Positions 1 to 8,570 of a DNA stretch of 64,000 nucleotides are shown in pieces. The DNA lies in IMG/VR virus record IMGVR_UViG_3300032167_000055; one strand, written 5' to 3'. Position 1 is the first letter of the stretch; each line of letters starts with the position of its first letter. Under the pieces are notes generated by a model that saw only the letters and a program-made list of their open reading frames with translations, did not search any database and was not told the DNA's origin. The translations under genes were made by a program, and so were the position numbers. The DNA is from an uncultured virus (IMG/VR IMGVR_UViG_3300032167_000055) (lineage: Duplodnaviria > Heunggongvirae > Uroviricota > Caudoviricetes).

Positions 1-2729
1 CCACTTGCGTCGACAGTTACCTTATAAAGACCGCTTGTATATGCAGTATGCGTAGGATGTGTATACTTAGTATCTGTAGGAGTAGCCCAAGTACCATCAC
101 CTCTTAAGAATGATGCCTGTTTTCCAGCCGCAGGAGCAGGAACAAGTCCAGCAGCACCAGCTGCAGATGAAGAAGCACCAGTCATTGCAGAGTAAGTTGT
201 ATTTGTATCTTGGGTTTTAACTGTAAATGAAGTTCCATTACCACGGGTAATCGTAACAGTTGTTCCACTTACGGTTATATTTTTAATATAGGTTTCCGCA
301 ATATTCTGATTCTCATTATCATTAATTGCGTTTGTTGCTGCACCACCTGCTGTTGCAGAACCAGCATATAAATGAGTATGTGCAGAAGGTGTGTATGTGT
401 CAGGTTTTCCAGTTACACCAGACCAAGGAACACTAGATGCAGCTCCCGCTGTATAAACCTTATAACCCTTAGAGTTACCAAGGTTAGTAACATCTATTAC
501 TTTATACATCGGACCACCTTCACCGATTTGTACAGTATCACCTAACTGAACATCATCAGTTGTAAGTGCATACATTGCATCTATACTAGCAACTTCTACA
601 AGTCTTTCTAAAGCACCTGCAGGAATAGCACTAATAGGTACAGTTCCAGTAATCTTACTACCATCAATACTTGTAATATCGTCATTTCCATGCGTATGTT
701 CTTTTTTAGCAGCATCAGTGATTCCATAACCTGCTAAAGTAGTAGGGTTAGAACCAGCTGTAACGTGACCATACGCATCAACAGTTACTGATCTATACGT
801 ACCTGCGGTTACACCACTAATAGGGTGTGTATAAACAGAAGACTTCTTAATAGAAGTTGATTTTCCGTCTGAACCAGTAAGCACAATAGAATCAGAAGTT
901 TGAGAAATTTCGTAAGTTACATTTGGATTATCAGGTAATGTAAATTCTACAATACCAGCTTCAGTGATATGACCATTAGCATCATATTTGAAAGTAGGAA
1001 TCTTAACAGTTCCACCAAATGTAAGATCTCCAGTAGTTCCAGGAACTACTGAACCTGCAGTAACATTATTTCCATGCTTGAATACAGTACCGTCTAATAC
1101 AATACCGTTTGAACCTGTATATGTTGTATCGATATTATCAGGTAATGTCATCGTTTCATAACTTACTGCTGTAATATGACCATTAGCATCATATGTTACA
1201 ACAGGAACTTTGAATCCTTCGCCAAAAGCTAATTTCTTAGTATCAGTTTTAGGAGTCGTACCTGCTGCAATATTATTACTATGACCTATCTTTTCATTTT
1301 CAATTTTAATTCCATTTTCACCTACTAATGGAGTAATTGTAACTGTTTCAGTTCCAACTGTTACAAGATGTCCATTAGAATCATATGTAAAAATAGGAAT
1401 ATTAATAGATCCACCATTAATAATTGATGTATCTCCGCTGGCAACAGCACCAGCTTCTATTTTATTTTTATGAGTGAACTTAATTACTTCATTAGCATCG
1501 TCTTTTTCAGCCTCAATATCATCACTGCTATTAAGTTTTCCAGCTACAGAAGAATACTTAGCTTCAACACCTTCTTCATTAAGTTCAGTTTTTACGTTTT
1601 CAACTGCCTGATTTGCATGTTCTTTAGCTGCAGTTAAAGCGTCTTTAACGGCTTTAGGAGTTGCTGCCTCAGTTTCAGAGTCAGACTCCGCAATAGAACT
1701 TAACTTTACCATACCTTCAACGGATGTAGAACCTTTTCGCACAGATGTTTCACCTGTAGTAGGATCAATTTCTAAACCGTCACCTATTACAATACCACCT
1801 TTAACATCAGCTGATGCAGTAGGTAATGTATATGCTGCTGGTAAAGATACGCTCACTAATCTATGTGATGTTACATGTCCTTTGGTATCAATAGAAAATG
1901 CTGGAATCTTAATTACAGAACCTGCATCTACACTACCTTCAGTACCAATAACTTCACCTGATGCAATACTATTTCTATGGGTAACAGCAATAGTTCTTGC
2001 CATTTCATCCATAGTAAATTTCATATCTTCACTTGTTGTAAAGATATTCATAAGATCAGCATAATTAGGTGTTACACCCTCCATGTCAATCTTAGATATT
2101 TCGTTATTAATATGATCGATAGCGGCTGCTAATGCGTCACTTACAGCCTTAGGCGTAGCAGCATCTGTAGTAGAATCAGAGTTTGTGAGAGAAACAAGTT
2201 TAACAGCACCTGCTTCACTTTCGGTAGCTTCTTTAACAGAAACTAAACCAGTCTGATCTACATTTAATCCGTCACCGACAATAATTCCACCGAGACTTCC
2301 AGTAGAAGCCTTAGGAAGTACATATTCGTTAGGAAGAGTGATAATGCTCTTACCAACAGAAGTAATATGACCGTTTTTATCAAAAGAAAATGTAGGAATT
2401 TCGATTGTTGCACCATACTGTACATCACCAGATGTAGCAGTAGCAGAACCTGCTGCAAGGACATTTTTATGTGTTCCTACAACTGTACCGGTCTCTTCGT
2501 CAAATTCGAATTCAATGTCATCACTATTCTGAAAGATTGCCTGTAAAGATGCGACATTAGGTTTTACACCAGCTTCCAACATCTCACCAAGGTTCTCATA
2601 TTCTGCACTTTCTTCAGTGAGTAAAACATCTACGTCTCTAACAACGGGATATAAGTATAACGTTTGACCATCAGTCGTCTTTTGCGACATCAGGATCGAA
2701 ACATCACTTTCAGTTAAAACTGGACTCAT
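1..2729 (-). CDS. Tail fibre protein, more than 900 aa, runs off the left edge (absent from the ORF track because no stop lies in the window)
   Basis: Manual translation from the ATG at 2729 gives MSPVLTESDVSILMSQK... It has phage-fibre repeats (GxVKL...AATPKAV twice), about 7 D-x-x-G-H-[IVL] repeats, AGLVPAPAAGKQASFLRGDGTW and VPWSGVTGKP...SAHTH motifs. Late promoter at 2782-2793. The frame was spot-checked rather than translated codon by codon. Confidence 0.85.
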   Translation of the reverse strand, partial: MSPVLTESDVSILMSQKTTDGQTLYLYPVVRDVDVLLTEESAEYENLGEMLEAGVKPNVASLQAIFQNSDDIEFEFDEETGTVVGTHKNVLAAGSATATSGDVQYGATIEIPTFSFDKNGHITSVGKSIITLPNEYVLPKASTGSLGGIIVGDGLNVDQTGLVSVKEATESEAGAVKLVSLTNSDSTTDAATPKAVSDALAAAIDHINNEISKIDMEGVTPNYADLMNIFTTSEDMKFTMDEMARTIAVTHRNSIASGEVIGTEGSVDAGSVIKIPAFSIDTKGHVTSHRLVSVSLPAAYTLPTASADVKGGIVIGDGLEIDPTTGETSVRKGSTSVEGMVKLSSIAESDSETEAATPKAVKDALTAAKEHANQAVENVKTELNEEGVEAKYSSVAGKLNSSDDIEAEKDDANEVIKFTHKNKIEAGAVASGDTSIINGGSINIPIFTYDSNGHLVTVGTETVTITPLVGENGIKIENEKIGHSNNIAAGTTPKTDTKKLAFGEGFKVPVVTYDANGHITAVSYETMTLPDNIDTTYTGSNGIVLDGTVFKHGNNVTAGSVVPGTTGDLTFGGTVKIPTFKYDANGHITEAGIVEFTLPDNPNVTYEISQTSDSIVLTGSDGKSTSIKKSSVYTHPISGVTAGTYRSVTVDAYGHVTAGSNPTTLAGYGITDAAKKEHTHGNDDITSIDGSKITGTVPISAIPAGALERLVEVASIDAMYALTTDDVQLGDTVQIGEGGPMYKVIDVTNLGNSKGYKVYTAGAASSVPWSGVTGKPDTYTPSAHTHLYAGSATAGGAATNAINDNENQNIAETYIKNITVSGTTVTITRGNGTSFTVKTQDTNTTYSAMTGASSSAAGAAGLVPAPAAGKQASFLRGDGTWATPTDTKYTHPTHTAYTSGLYKVTVDAS

Positions 2730-2781
2730 AGTTTGATACCCCATCCTTTCCTTTATTTTTGTTGAATTATAGATATTCTGT

Positions 2782-2793
2782 TAATTGATTGTT
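2782..2793 (-). promoter_or_regulatory. Late promoter AACA-N6-TA (tail fibre)
   Basis: Minus strand reads AACA ATCAAT TA; member of a recurrent motif upstream of structural genes. Confidence 0.7.
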
Positions 2794-2837
2794 TTTTGTT
2801 AAAACATCAGCTAGAAGGCATAATAATTGTTAAAATC

Positions 2838-2849
2838 AACAAATATGTA
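2838..2849 (+). promoter_or_regulatory. Late promoter AACA-N6-TA (head operon)
   Basis: AACA AATATG TA, 30 nt before the ATG at 2879. Confidence 0.7.
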
Positions 2850-2878
2850 ACGAAAAATAAGAAAGGAAGGTATCTGTT

Positions 2879-4798
2879 ATGCCGATTTTAGATACAGAAA
2901 AAATTTTAAATGGTACTGATACCAAGCAGATTATTCATGCATATGAAAATCTGAAGAGTCAGTATTCAGATGAAACGGCAAGAGATTATCGTACCTATTA
3001 TATTGGAAAGCCTCTTTCCTTTATAGTAAAGAACGCGAAATATATTATACCTGAACCTCAGTTTGGACTTCCTTTTGTGAGATGGGTTGCTAAGGCATTT
3101 CCTAATCCTTATCGTAATATGATTGCCATTAAGCAGTGTATCGAAGATTACTGGATGACTAATCGTGAGAAAATGCATCCTAGTATGGAAAAGATGTACG
3201 CTGATGCAGTTAACGAAATAGGATCTATCCTTAAGAGCAGATCTCCTGAAAGTGCAACTGAGATGTGTATGTTCAAGGATGATGTATCTGATGAATTCTT
3301 TGATAATTGCTATGCTGCTTTATGTAAAAAGAGACTTGAAAATAATGATGAGTGCGCAACAACTTTATTTGGTAACGATGTACCTTATGCAGGTTGTAAT
3401 GATTTTGATTCTTATATCAAGTCATGCCCTCATCAGATGAAAGTTATGTATATGACACCTTATGCAAAGGAGCTTTGTTTGGAAGGCGTTCTTTGTGAGA
3501 GTTATTCATCTATGATAAATGAGAACTCTACTGGTGGAGATAATAAAGCAACAAATCTTGTTTCGTGCGAAACTGTACAAAATCTTGTACTATCTGAACG
3601 TTTCATGGAAGCTGTAAACCAGTTTTCTAACATCCAACTAAGAACTTTGGTTAATGGAATGATTCGTGCGGATATTGCAGATGAAATTGTGACAGCATTC
3701 AAAGAAGCAGCTGAAGATACGATTAATCCTGTATATGATAGTTCCAGATCTGCAGTAAATGCGATTATGGAAGAATCCGTATTCGATGAAATGTATAAAG
3801 AAGAAAGAGCTTCAACAAAAGCTGAACTTCTTAATATGAAACATGATGTGTATGAATCTGTTAGACAGACTATTCAGAATTATTATGTGGTTCTTGAAGA
3901 AACTGATATTTTACCTGAAACTGAACTTTTCAGTGTAATTAAGGAGTCTATGGGTATTGAAGGACCCATCAGTGTAGGTGATGCATTTAAACTCATTAAT
4001 GAAGCAGTTTCTGAAGTAGAAGCAAATGAATCCTCTTTTTTTGAGAAAGCGGGGGACGGGTCTGCTAATAAGATAATTCAGAGATCACATCGTATGTATA
4101 GAGAAATTGATGAACCTGTTAAAAAAGGTTCAAATAATTCATCTAAAGATAGTGATGATGAAGATGCTTTAGAGGAAGAAGACGATGAAGCGGAACTTCC
4201 CAAGTCTACTAGGGTAGCTAGTGATGACTTGCCTGATTCTTCGAATCCTAACGCTACCAATTCTAAACCACAGAAAGTAAAAGAGGGTTTTTTGACAAAA
4301 GTTCAAAATAAAGCAATGGATGCCCATAAGAATAGTAGAAAGAATTCTGCTAAACTTAGACAAACTGGTACAGCTGTTAAAAATGCAGGTACTGCAGTTT
4401 TAAAGATTCCTGCTGGACTTCTTAATGGGTTAAAAGATATGATCCAAGGATTTGACAAGATGGATGATGATCGAAGAAAAGCATATATGATGCAACCCGG
4501 TTATAGAAAAAAGGTTATTAAGAATCTTAGAGTTGCAGCTACGTATGGTTTAGCATGGCATACTAAAAAGATGCTTATTCCTGTAGTTTGGTTTGGAAGA
4601 AAGTTATCGAAAGAAAAAAATAAGAGAATTCGTAATGAATTTGCACGAGAACTTGATACAGAAATCAAGGTAACCGAAGCTAAAATTGAAGATGCAATGG
4701 CAGCTGGTGATCAAAAACAAAGATACCAACTTATTCGTATTCGAGATGAATTAGCTAGACAGAAAGAACGTGTAAGTACTAACGGAAAATATATCTAA
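2879..4798 (+). CDS. Virion head-associated protein, 639 aa
   Basis: Lies in the capsid operon; many hydrophobic-x-E-[SAG] sites (VLCES, FMEA, FKEAA, IKES, INEA); basic helical C-terminus. Confidence 0.55.
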   Translation: MPILDTEKILNGTDTKQIIHAYENLKSQYSDETARDYRTYYIGKPLSFIVKNAKYIIPEPQFGLPFVRWVAKAFPNPYRNMIAIKQCIEDYWMTNREKMHPSMEKMYADAVNEIGSILKSRSPESATEMCMFKDDVSDEFFDNCYAALCKKRLENNDECATTLFGNDVPYAGCNDFDSYIKSCPHQMKVMYMTPYAKELCLEGVLCESYSSMINENSTGGDNKATNLVSCETVQNLVLSERFMEAVNQFSNIQLRTLVNGMIRADIADEIVTAFKEAAEDTINPVYDSSRSAVNAIMEESVFDEMYKEERASTKAELLNMKHDVYESVRQTIQNYYVVLEETDILPETELFSVIKESMGIEGPISVGDAFKLINEAVSEVEANESSFFEKAGDGSANKIIQRSHRMYREIDEPVKKGSNNSSKDSDDEDALEEEDDEAELPKSTRVASDDLPDSSNPNATNSKPQKVKEGFLTKVQNKAMDAHKNSRKNSAKLRQTGTAVKNAGTAVLKIPAGLLNGLKDMIQGFDKMDDDRRKAYMMQPGYRKKVIKNLRVAATYGLAWHTKKMLIPVVWFGRKLSKEKNKRIRNEFARELDTEIKVTEAKIEDAMAAGDQKQRYQLIRIRDELARQKERVSTNGKYI

Positions 4799-4812
4799 GG
4801 AGGTAATGACTA

Positions 4813-5847
4813 GTGATTGTAAAACATGCTAGAGAAATACCTCTTTTTGAGTCGCTTGGTATTTTTACTGAAGCACCTAAAAAGAAAAGAAAACCTAGAG
4901 TCATTTCAGTAAGACCAATTCGAAAGGATTATACATCAATGGTTGATCCGGATGAATTGATTGATATTGATGATATAGACTCTTTAGGAGATGATTTATC
5001 TGATTATGATTCACTTGATATGGATATAGGTGATGATTTAGCAGATGATGAATTATTAAATGATACACCTATAGAAGGTGACGAAGATGATTTTAATATT
5101 GGTCAAGATGACATTCCTGATGATATTGGTGAAGAACCTATAGACGGTGATGAAGAATTGCCTGATTTTGAAATTCCTGAAGATATTAGTTTTGACGATT
5201 TGACATTAGATGATGATCAAACGCAAAATGATGTACCTGCAGAAGAAATAGAATCACCAGAAGATCAAGATACATCTGATGATGACCAAACTGTTGAAGT
5301 ACCTGAAGGTGAAACTACTGATACTAGCACGGATACAACAGAACAACCTGCAGAGCAACCAGAGGGCGAACAACCTACTGAAGAAATACAAGAAGGAAAT
5401 GAAGTCATCGATGCTACTGGCAGTGAAATGCCAGAAGATATAGGTGCTGAAGTTGATATAGCTGCTGCTGATGGAACTGATTCTTCAGCTGTTAGTACAG
5501 ATACTTCGGTTGATCCTTCTGCTGGTACAGATGAAACATCCATTACAAAGGATGATATGAGAAAATATGAGTTGTTTAAGAGATTTATGAATCTTTTAAA
5601 CACAGTACAATACTTTATAGATAAATTAGAAACTGGTGTTTCTGATAATATAAAGTTTGAATATGCCGCTAATAAGGCACTTATAAAGTTCAAAGCTTTG
5701 GAAGATTTGTTAAAAGATTACATGCTTTTAAAATTTCAGAATGATAGTTTCTTACAGAACTCATTCTTTTATGAAAAAATAAAAGCATCATCACTGTTAT
5801 TACTTGAACTTATGAATTTAAATAAAATTACAAAAGATGAGAAATAA
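4813..5847 (+). CDS. Highly acidic low-complexity protein, candidate prohead scaffold/core, 344 aa
   Basis: D/E-rich disordered middle; N-terminal LFES and FTEA motifs; directly upstream of the probable capsid gene; SD AAGGAGGT. Confidence 0.5.
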   Translation: MIVKHAREIPLFESLGIFTEAPKKKRKPRVISVRPIRKDYTSMVDPDELIDIDDIDSLGDDLSDYDSLDMDIGDDLADDELLNDTPIEGDEDDFNIGQDDIPDDIGEEPIDGDEELPDFEIPEDISFDDLTLDDDQTQNDVPAEEIESPEDQDTSDDDQTVEVPEGETTDTSTDTTEQPAEQPEGEQPTEEIQEGNEVIDATGSEMPEDIGAEVDIAAADGTDSSAVSTDTSVDPSAGTDETSITKDDMRKYELFKRFMNLLNTVQYFIDKLETGVSDNIKFEYAANKALIKFKALEDLLKDYMLLKFQNDSFLQNSFFYEKIKASSLLLLELMNLNKITKDEK

Positions 5848-5951
5848 CAGTAATTTAAAATTACTTCTATTGAGGTAATAAACCTAAAACATATGTATTA
5901 TGAAACCCTTATACGTTAAACTAAAAAATAAATATAAAGGAGGACGAGATA

Positions 5952-7697
5952 ATGTCATTGGCATTTCTTGAATCTGTAAAGGATTTCAATGCAGCTACTA
6001 CTATCGGTGGTTTCAATCTCGCTAACGAAGAGAACGGTTTTGACGCTACTTTTGAAGCAGCTGTAAACGAATTAGAACAGAGTAGAATTAATTATTTCAT
6101 GGATATTGCAGCAATGATCAAGAATCCCGAGATCATGGCAGCTTTCAAGGAGAGCGCATTGTCCAGTATCAAGACTGAGTCTGATCAGAGAAGTGATGTT
6201 GATAAGTGGGGTGCATACTCCAATATGTATAACCAGGTTTCCCAGCTGTGGGATAACTGTACTGCAGACTTCGTACGTGAGTCTACTACAGTAGGTCAGT
6301 TGATGCCTATTAAGGCTATCGATTATCCTGTATTGGTTAAGCAGCATCTGTCTTTGGCTACCAAAGATATTCTTCAGACTGAAGTAACCAAGAGTCCTGT
6401 AATCAAGAAGCAGATGGAGCAGGTTTGGATTGTTGACAACCAGACTCAGGATCGTTGGAGATATCCTCAGTGCTTCTACAATGAAGATTATAAGACCATT
6501 TATGCAGCAGGTAAGGGTCTGCCTATCAAGGAAGACGTTGTTAAGCTGCCTATTTTCAATTATGATATCATCGGCAATTTGACTGATGCTGTTGTTCCTG
6601 CAAGAGAGAAGTTTACCTTCAATCTTAAGATCAAGGCAGTAGTAGCCGGCGATGTACAGATTCCTGTAAATATGTGGATCAATGTTCATACTTCTCAGTG
6701 GATGGGTGGTAACATTGATGCTAAGTATACTGACGCTGAAGGTAATGAAGTTGAAGTTAAGGATATGCTTTCCGGTAACGTTGACTTCATCAGCAACACT
6801 GTAACTCTTTCTTCTGCATCTGGTGCTGTTACCGGAGTTATCTTCGAAGGCTACCTGAGCAATGAAAAGAATGAAAGAGCCGTATCTTTCGATTACACTC
6901 GTGAAGAGCGTGAATGGAAGATTGAAGACGGTCACAGAGTAAACATCCCTTACAGCATCGAGCAGCTCGATGATGCAAAGGCTCTGCTTAATATGGATCT
7001 CTATAAGAAGACATATGATAACATGGCTGAGTACCTTACTCAGATGGAGGATTCTCAGGTTATCGACTTCTTGGATGAGCAGTTTGATCACTTTACCGGT
7101 CTTGAGCTGGATCCTCTTCAGTGGAACAGCTTTGTAAGATTTAAGGATTTCAACTGTGATTCTACAATTCAGACTGTTGCATTGCAGTCAGAGTACATCG
7201 AGAAGCAGCTTAAGTGGGAAATCGATCGTTTCATCATTGATTTGACCAATACTGCTAAGATGGAAGATTTGACTTTTGTTATCTATGGTAATCCTAAGTA
7301 CGTTTCTCTGCTTGGCAAGAACGTTAACTGGGTTCTTAACCAGGGTAGCACAACCGGCGGTATTAAGCATAACTACAGCTATGGTGTTATGACTACCGGT
7401 AATGTAAAGGTTCAGGTTGTTTCTGCACTCAAGTTTGATGAGAAGCATCCTAATCATCAGGGATTGAGAATCGTGCCTATCGCATTGAATCCTGCTCAGA
7501 TGACCTTTAAGCACTTTAAGTACAATACCCATATCCTTACTGCTAAGGACAGCGCTTACAAGGCTCCTGATCTTCCTGGCGGTTCTTACACCAACCTGAT
7601 GGGTGTATCTCGTTACACAGATGCAGCTGTTCAGGGTATCCAGGGTCTGGTAACCTTCAGCAATGCTGAGTTCATCGATTCTAGCTTCAATCGCTAA
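5952..7697 (+). CDS. Major capsid protein precursor (probable), 581 aa
   Basis: Strong highly-expressed codon bias; SD AAGGAGG; ~110-aa helical propeptide with FLES/FEAA/FKES/VRES sites; followed by a strong terminator. Confidence 0.72.
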   Translation: MSLAFLESVKDFNAATTIGGFNLANEENGFDATFEAAVNELEQSRINYFMDIAAMIKNPEIMAAFKESALSSIKTESDQRSDVDKWGAYSNMYNQVSQLWDNCTADFVRESTTVGQLMPIKAIDYPVLVKQHLSLATKDILQTEVTKSPVIKKQMEQVWIVDNQTQDRWRYPQCFYNEDYKTIYAAGKGLPIKEDVVKLPIFNYDIIGNLTDAVVPAREKFTFNLKIKAVVAGDVQIPVNMWINVHTSQWMGGNIDAKYTDAEGNEVEVKDMLSGNVDFISNTVTLSSASGAVTGVIFEGYLSNEKNERAVSFDYTREEREWKIEDGHRVNIPYSIEQLDDAKALLNMDLYKKTYDNMAEYLTQMEDSQVIDFLDEQFDHFTGLELDPLQWNSFVRFKDFNCDSTIQTVALQSEYIEKQLKWEIDRFIIDLTNTAKMEDLTFVIYGNPKYVSLLGKNVNWVLNQGSTTGGIKHNYSYGVMTTGNVKVQVVSALKFDEKHPNHQGLRIVPIALNPAQMTFKHFKYNTHILTAKDSAYKAPDLPGGSYTNLMGVSRYTDAAVQGIQGLVTFSNAEFIDSSFNR

Positions 7698-7734
7698 TCG
7701 AAGGATATTGGTAGATACTGAATAAACCTATAAG

Positions 7735-7768
7735 AGACTAGGGCGGTTAATTCCGCTCTAGTCTTTTT
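7735..7768 (+). terminator. Intrinsic terminator after the capsid gene
   Basis: AGACTAGGGCGG-ttaatt-CCGCTCTAGTCT followed by a T run. Confidence 0.85.
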
Positions 7769-7809
7769 ATTTTTAGTAATAAAATCTAATCATAAAGTAA
7801 CAATTATTT

Positions 7810-7900
7810 AGGCAGTAAAATAGAATAAATTCTGCGTATCTAATACCTTCATTGTACTTTTACCAGAGGATAAGCTCAATGCTTATCCTCACAATTTTTT
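7810..7900 (+). ncRNA. Candidate late small RNA, ~90 nt
   Basis: Exact late promoter at 7799-7810, no sense ORF, ends in the hairpin GAGGATAAGC/GCTTATCCTC plus a T run. Confidence 0.4.
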
Positions 7901-7971
7901 GTTTTATAAAGATGACATTATAATAAGCTAGAATTGGCTAGCAGTTATTCTTGATAAGGAGGTAATAAAGA

Positions 7972-8343
7972 ATGAAAGCTATGTTTTCTGCAAATATTCC
8001 TAATGTCAGTACTCCTGTTGTAGCTATTATTGTTGCATCGGTTGTTATCGTTGTAGCATTAATCGTGTTATATATCAGGAACCGTAGTATTGAAGGAATT
8101 AGAGAAGATGTATACCAGTTGTTCCTCAAGGCAGAGCATTTGTTTGTTGAATCTGGTGCTGGTGCTGAAAAGATGGACTGGGTTTGCGAAAAGGCATACG
8201 AAATGTTGCCTAAAGTAGTTAAGCTTTTCACAACTCCCGATATGATTAGAGTAATCCTTCAGAAATGGTTTGTTCAAATTAAGGATTTACTTGATGACGG
8301 GAAAAAGAATGATTCCGCAGAATCTGTCGAAAACGAAGAATAA
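7972..8343 (+). CDS. Holin-like membrane protein (LL-H-type), 123 aa
   Basis: Single N-terminal TM helix followed by an AE..F...GAGAEKMDWV motif; variant late promoter GACA-N6-TA at 7914-7925. Confidence 0.6.
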   Translation: MKAMFSANIPNVSTPVVAIIVASVVIVVALIVLYIRNRSIEGIREDVYQLFLKAEHLFVESGAGAEKMDWVCEKAYEMLPKVVKLFTTPDMIRVILQKWFVQIKDLLDDGKKNDSAESVENEE

Positions 8344-8348
8344 AATAT

Positions 8349-8383
8349 AACCTGGTAACCTTTTTTAGGGTTACCAGGTTTTT
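8349..8383 (+). terminator. Intrinsic terminator
   Basis: AACCTGGTAACC...GGTTACCAGGTT followed by TTT. Confidence 0.85.
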
Positions 8384-8395
8384 AATCTGTGATAA

Positions 8396-8403
8396 TATAT
8401 TAT
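8396..8403 (+). promoter_or_regulatory. Early promoter TATATTAT (ligase operon)
   Basis: Recurrent intergenic motif, placed just after a terminator. Confidence 0.7.
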
Positions 8404-8407
8404 TTTA

Positions 8408-8535
8408 TTAGTAATTACCATTGGAAACGAGAAGTTGACAGATACCGGCAAGTATCTGTCAACGCATTGTTAAGGAACCCTAATCCAATGAAAAAATTGT
8501 ATGGTATTTTTATATCAGACCATTCTGATTACTAA
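8408..8535 (+). promoter_or_regulatory. Structured 5' leader RNA of ligA
   Basis: Nested stems 8408-8417/8526-8535 and 8419-8425/8484-8490, plus a perfect 12-bp hairpin 8434-8463. Confidence 0.5.
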
Positions 8536-8570
8536 ATTGTTTTTATATTAAAAATAAAGGAGAATAAACA

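Noticed and set aside
1882..2464. Short track ORFs 1882-2064 and 2264-2464
   Set aside because: They lie inside the long minus-strand tail fibre frame.
6072..7091. 339-aa antisense ORF over the capsid gene, and similar shadows (5265, 42489, 44833)
   Set aside because: These are mirror ORFs caused by the codon bias of the sense genes; no recognisable motifs.
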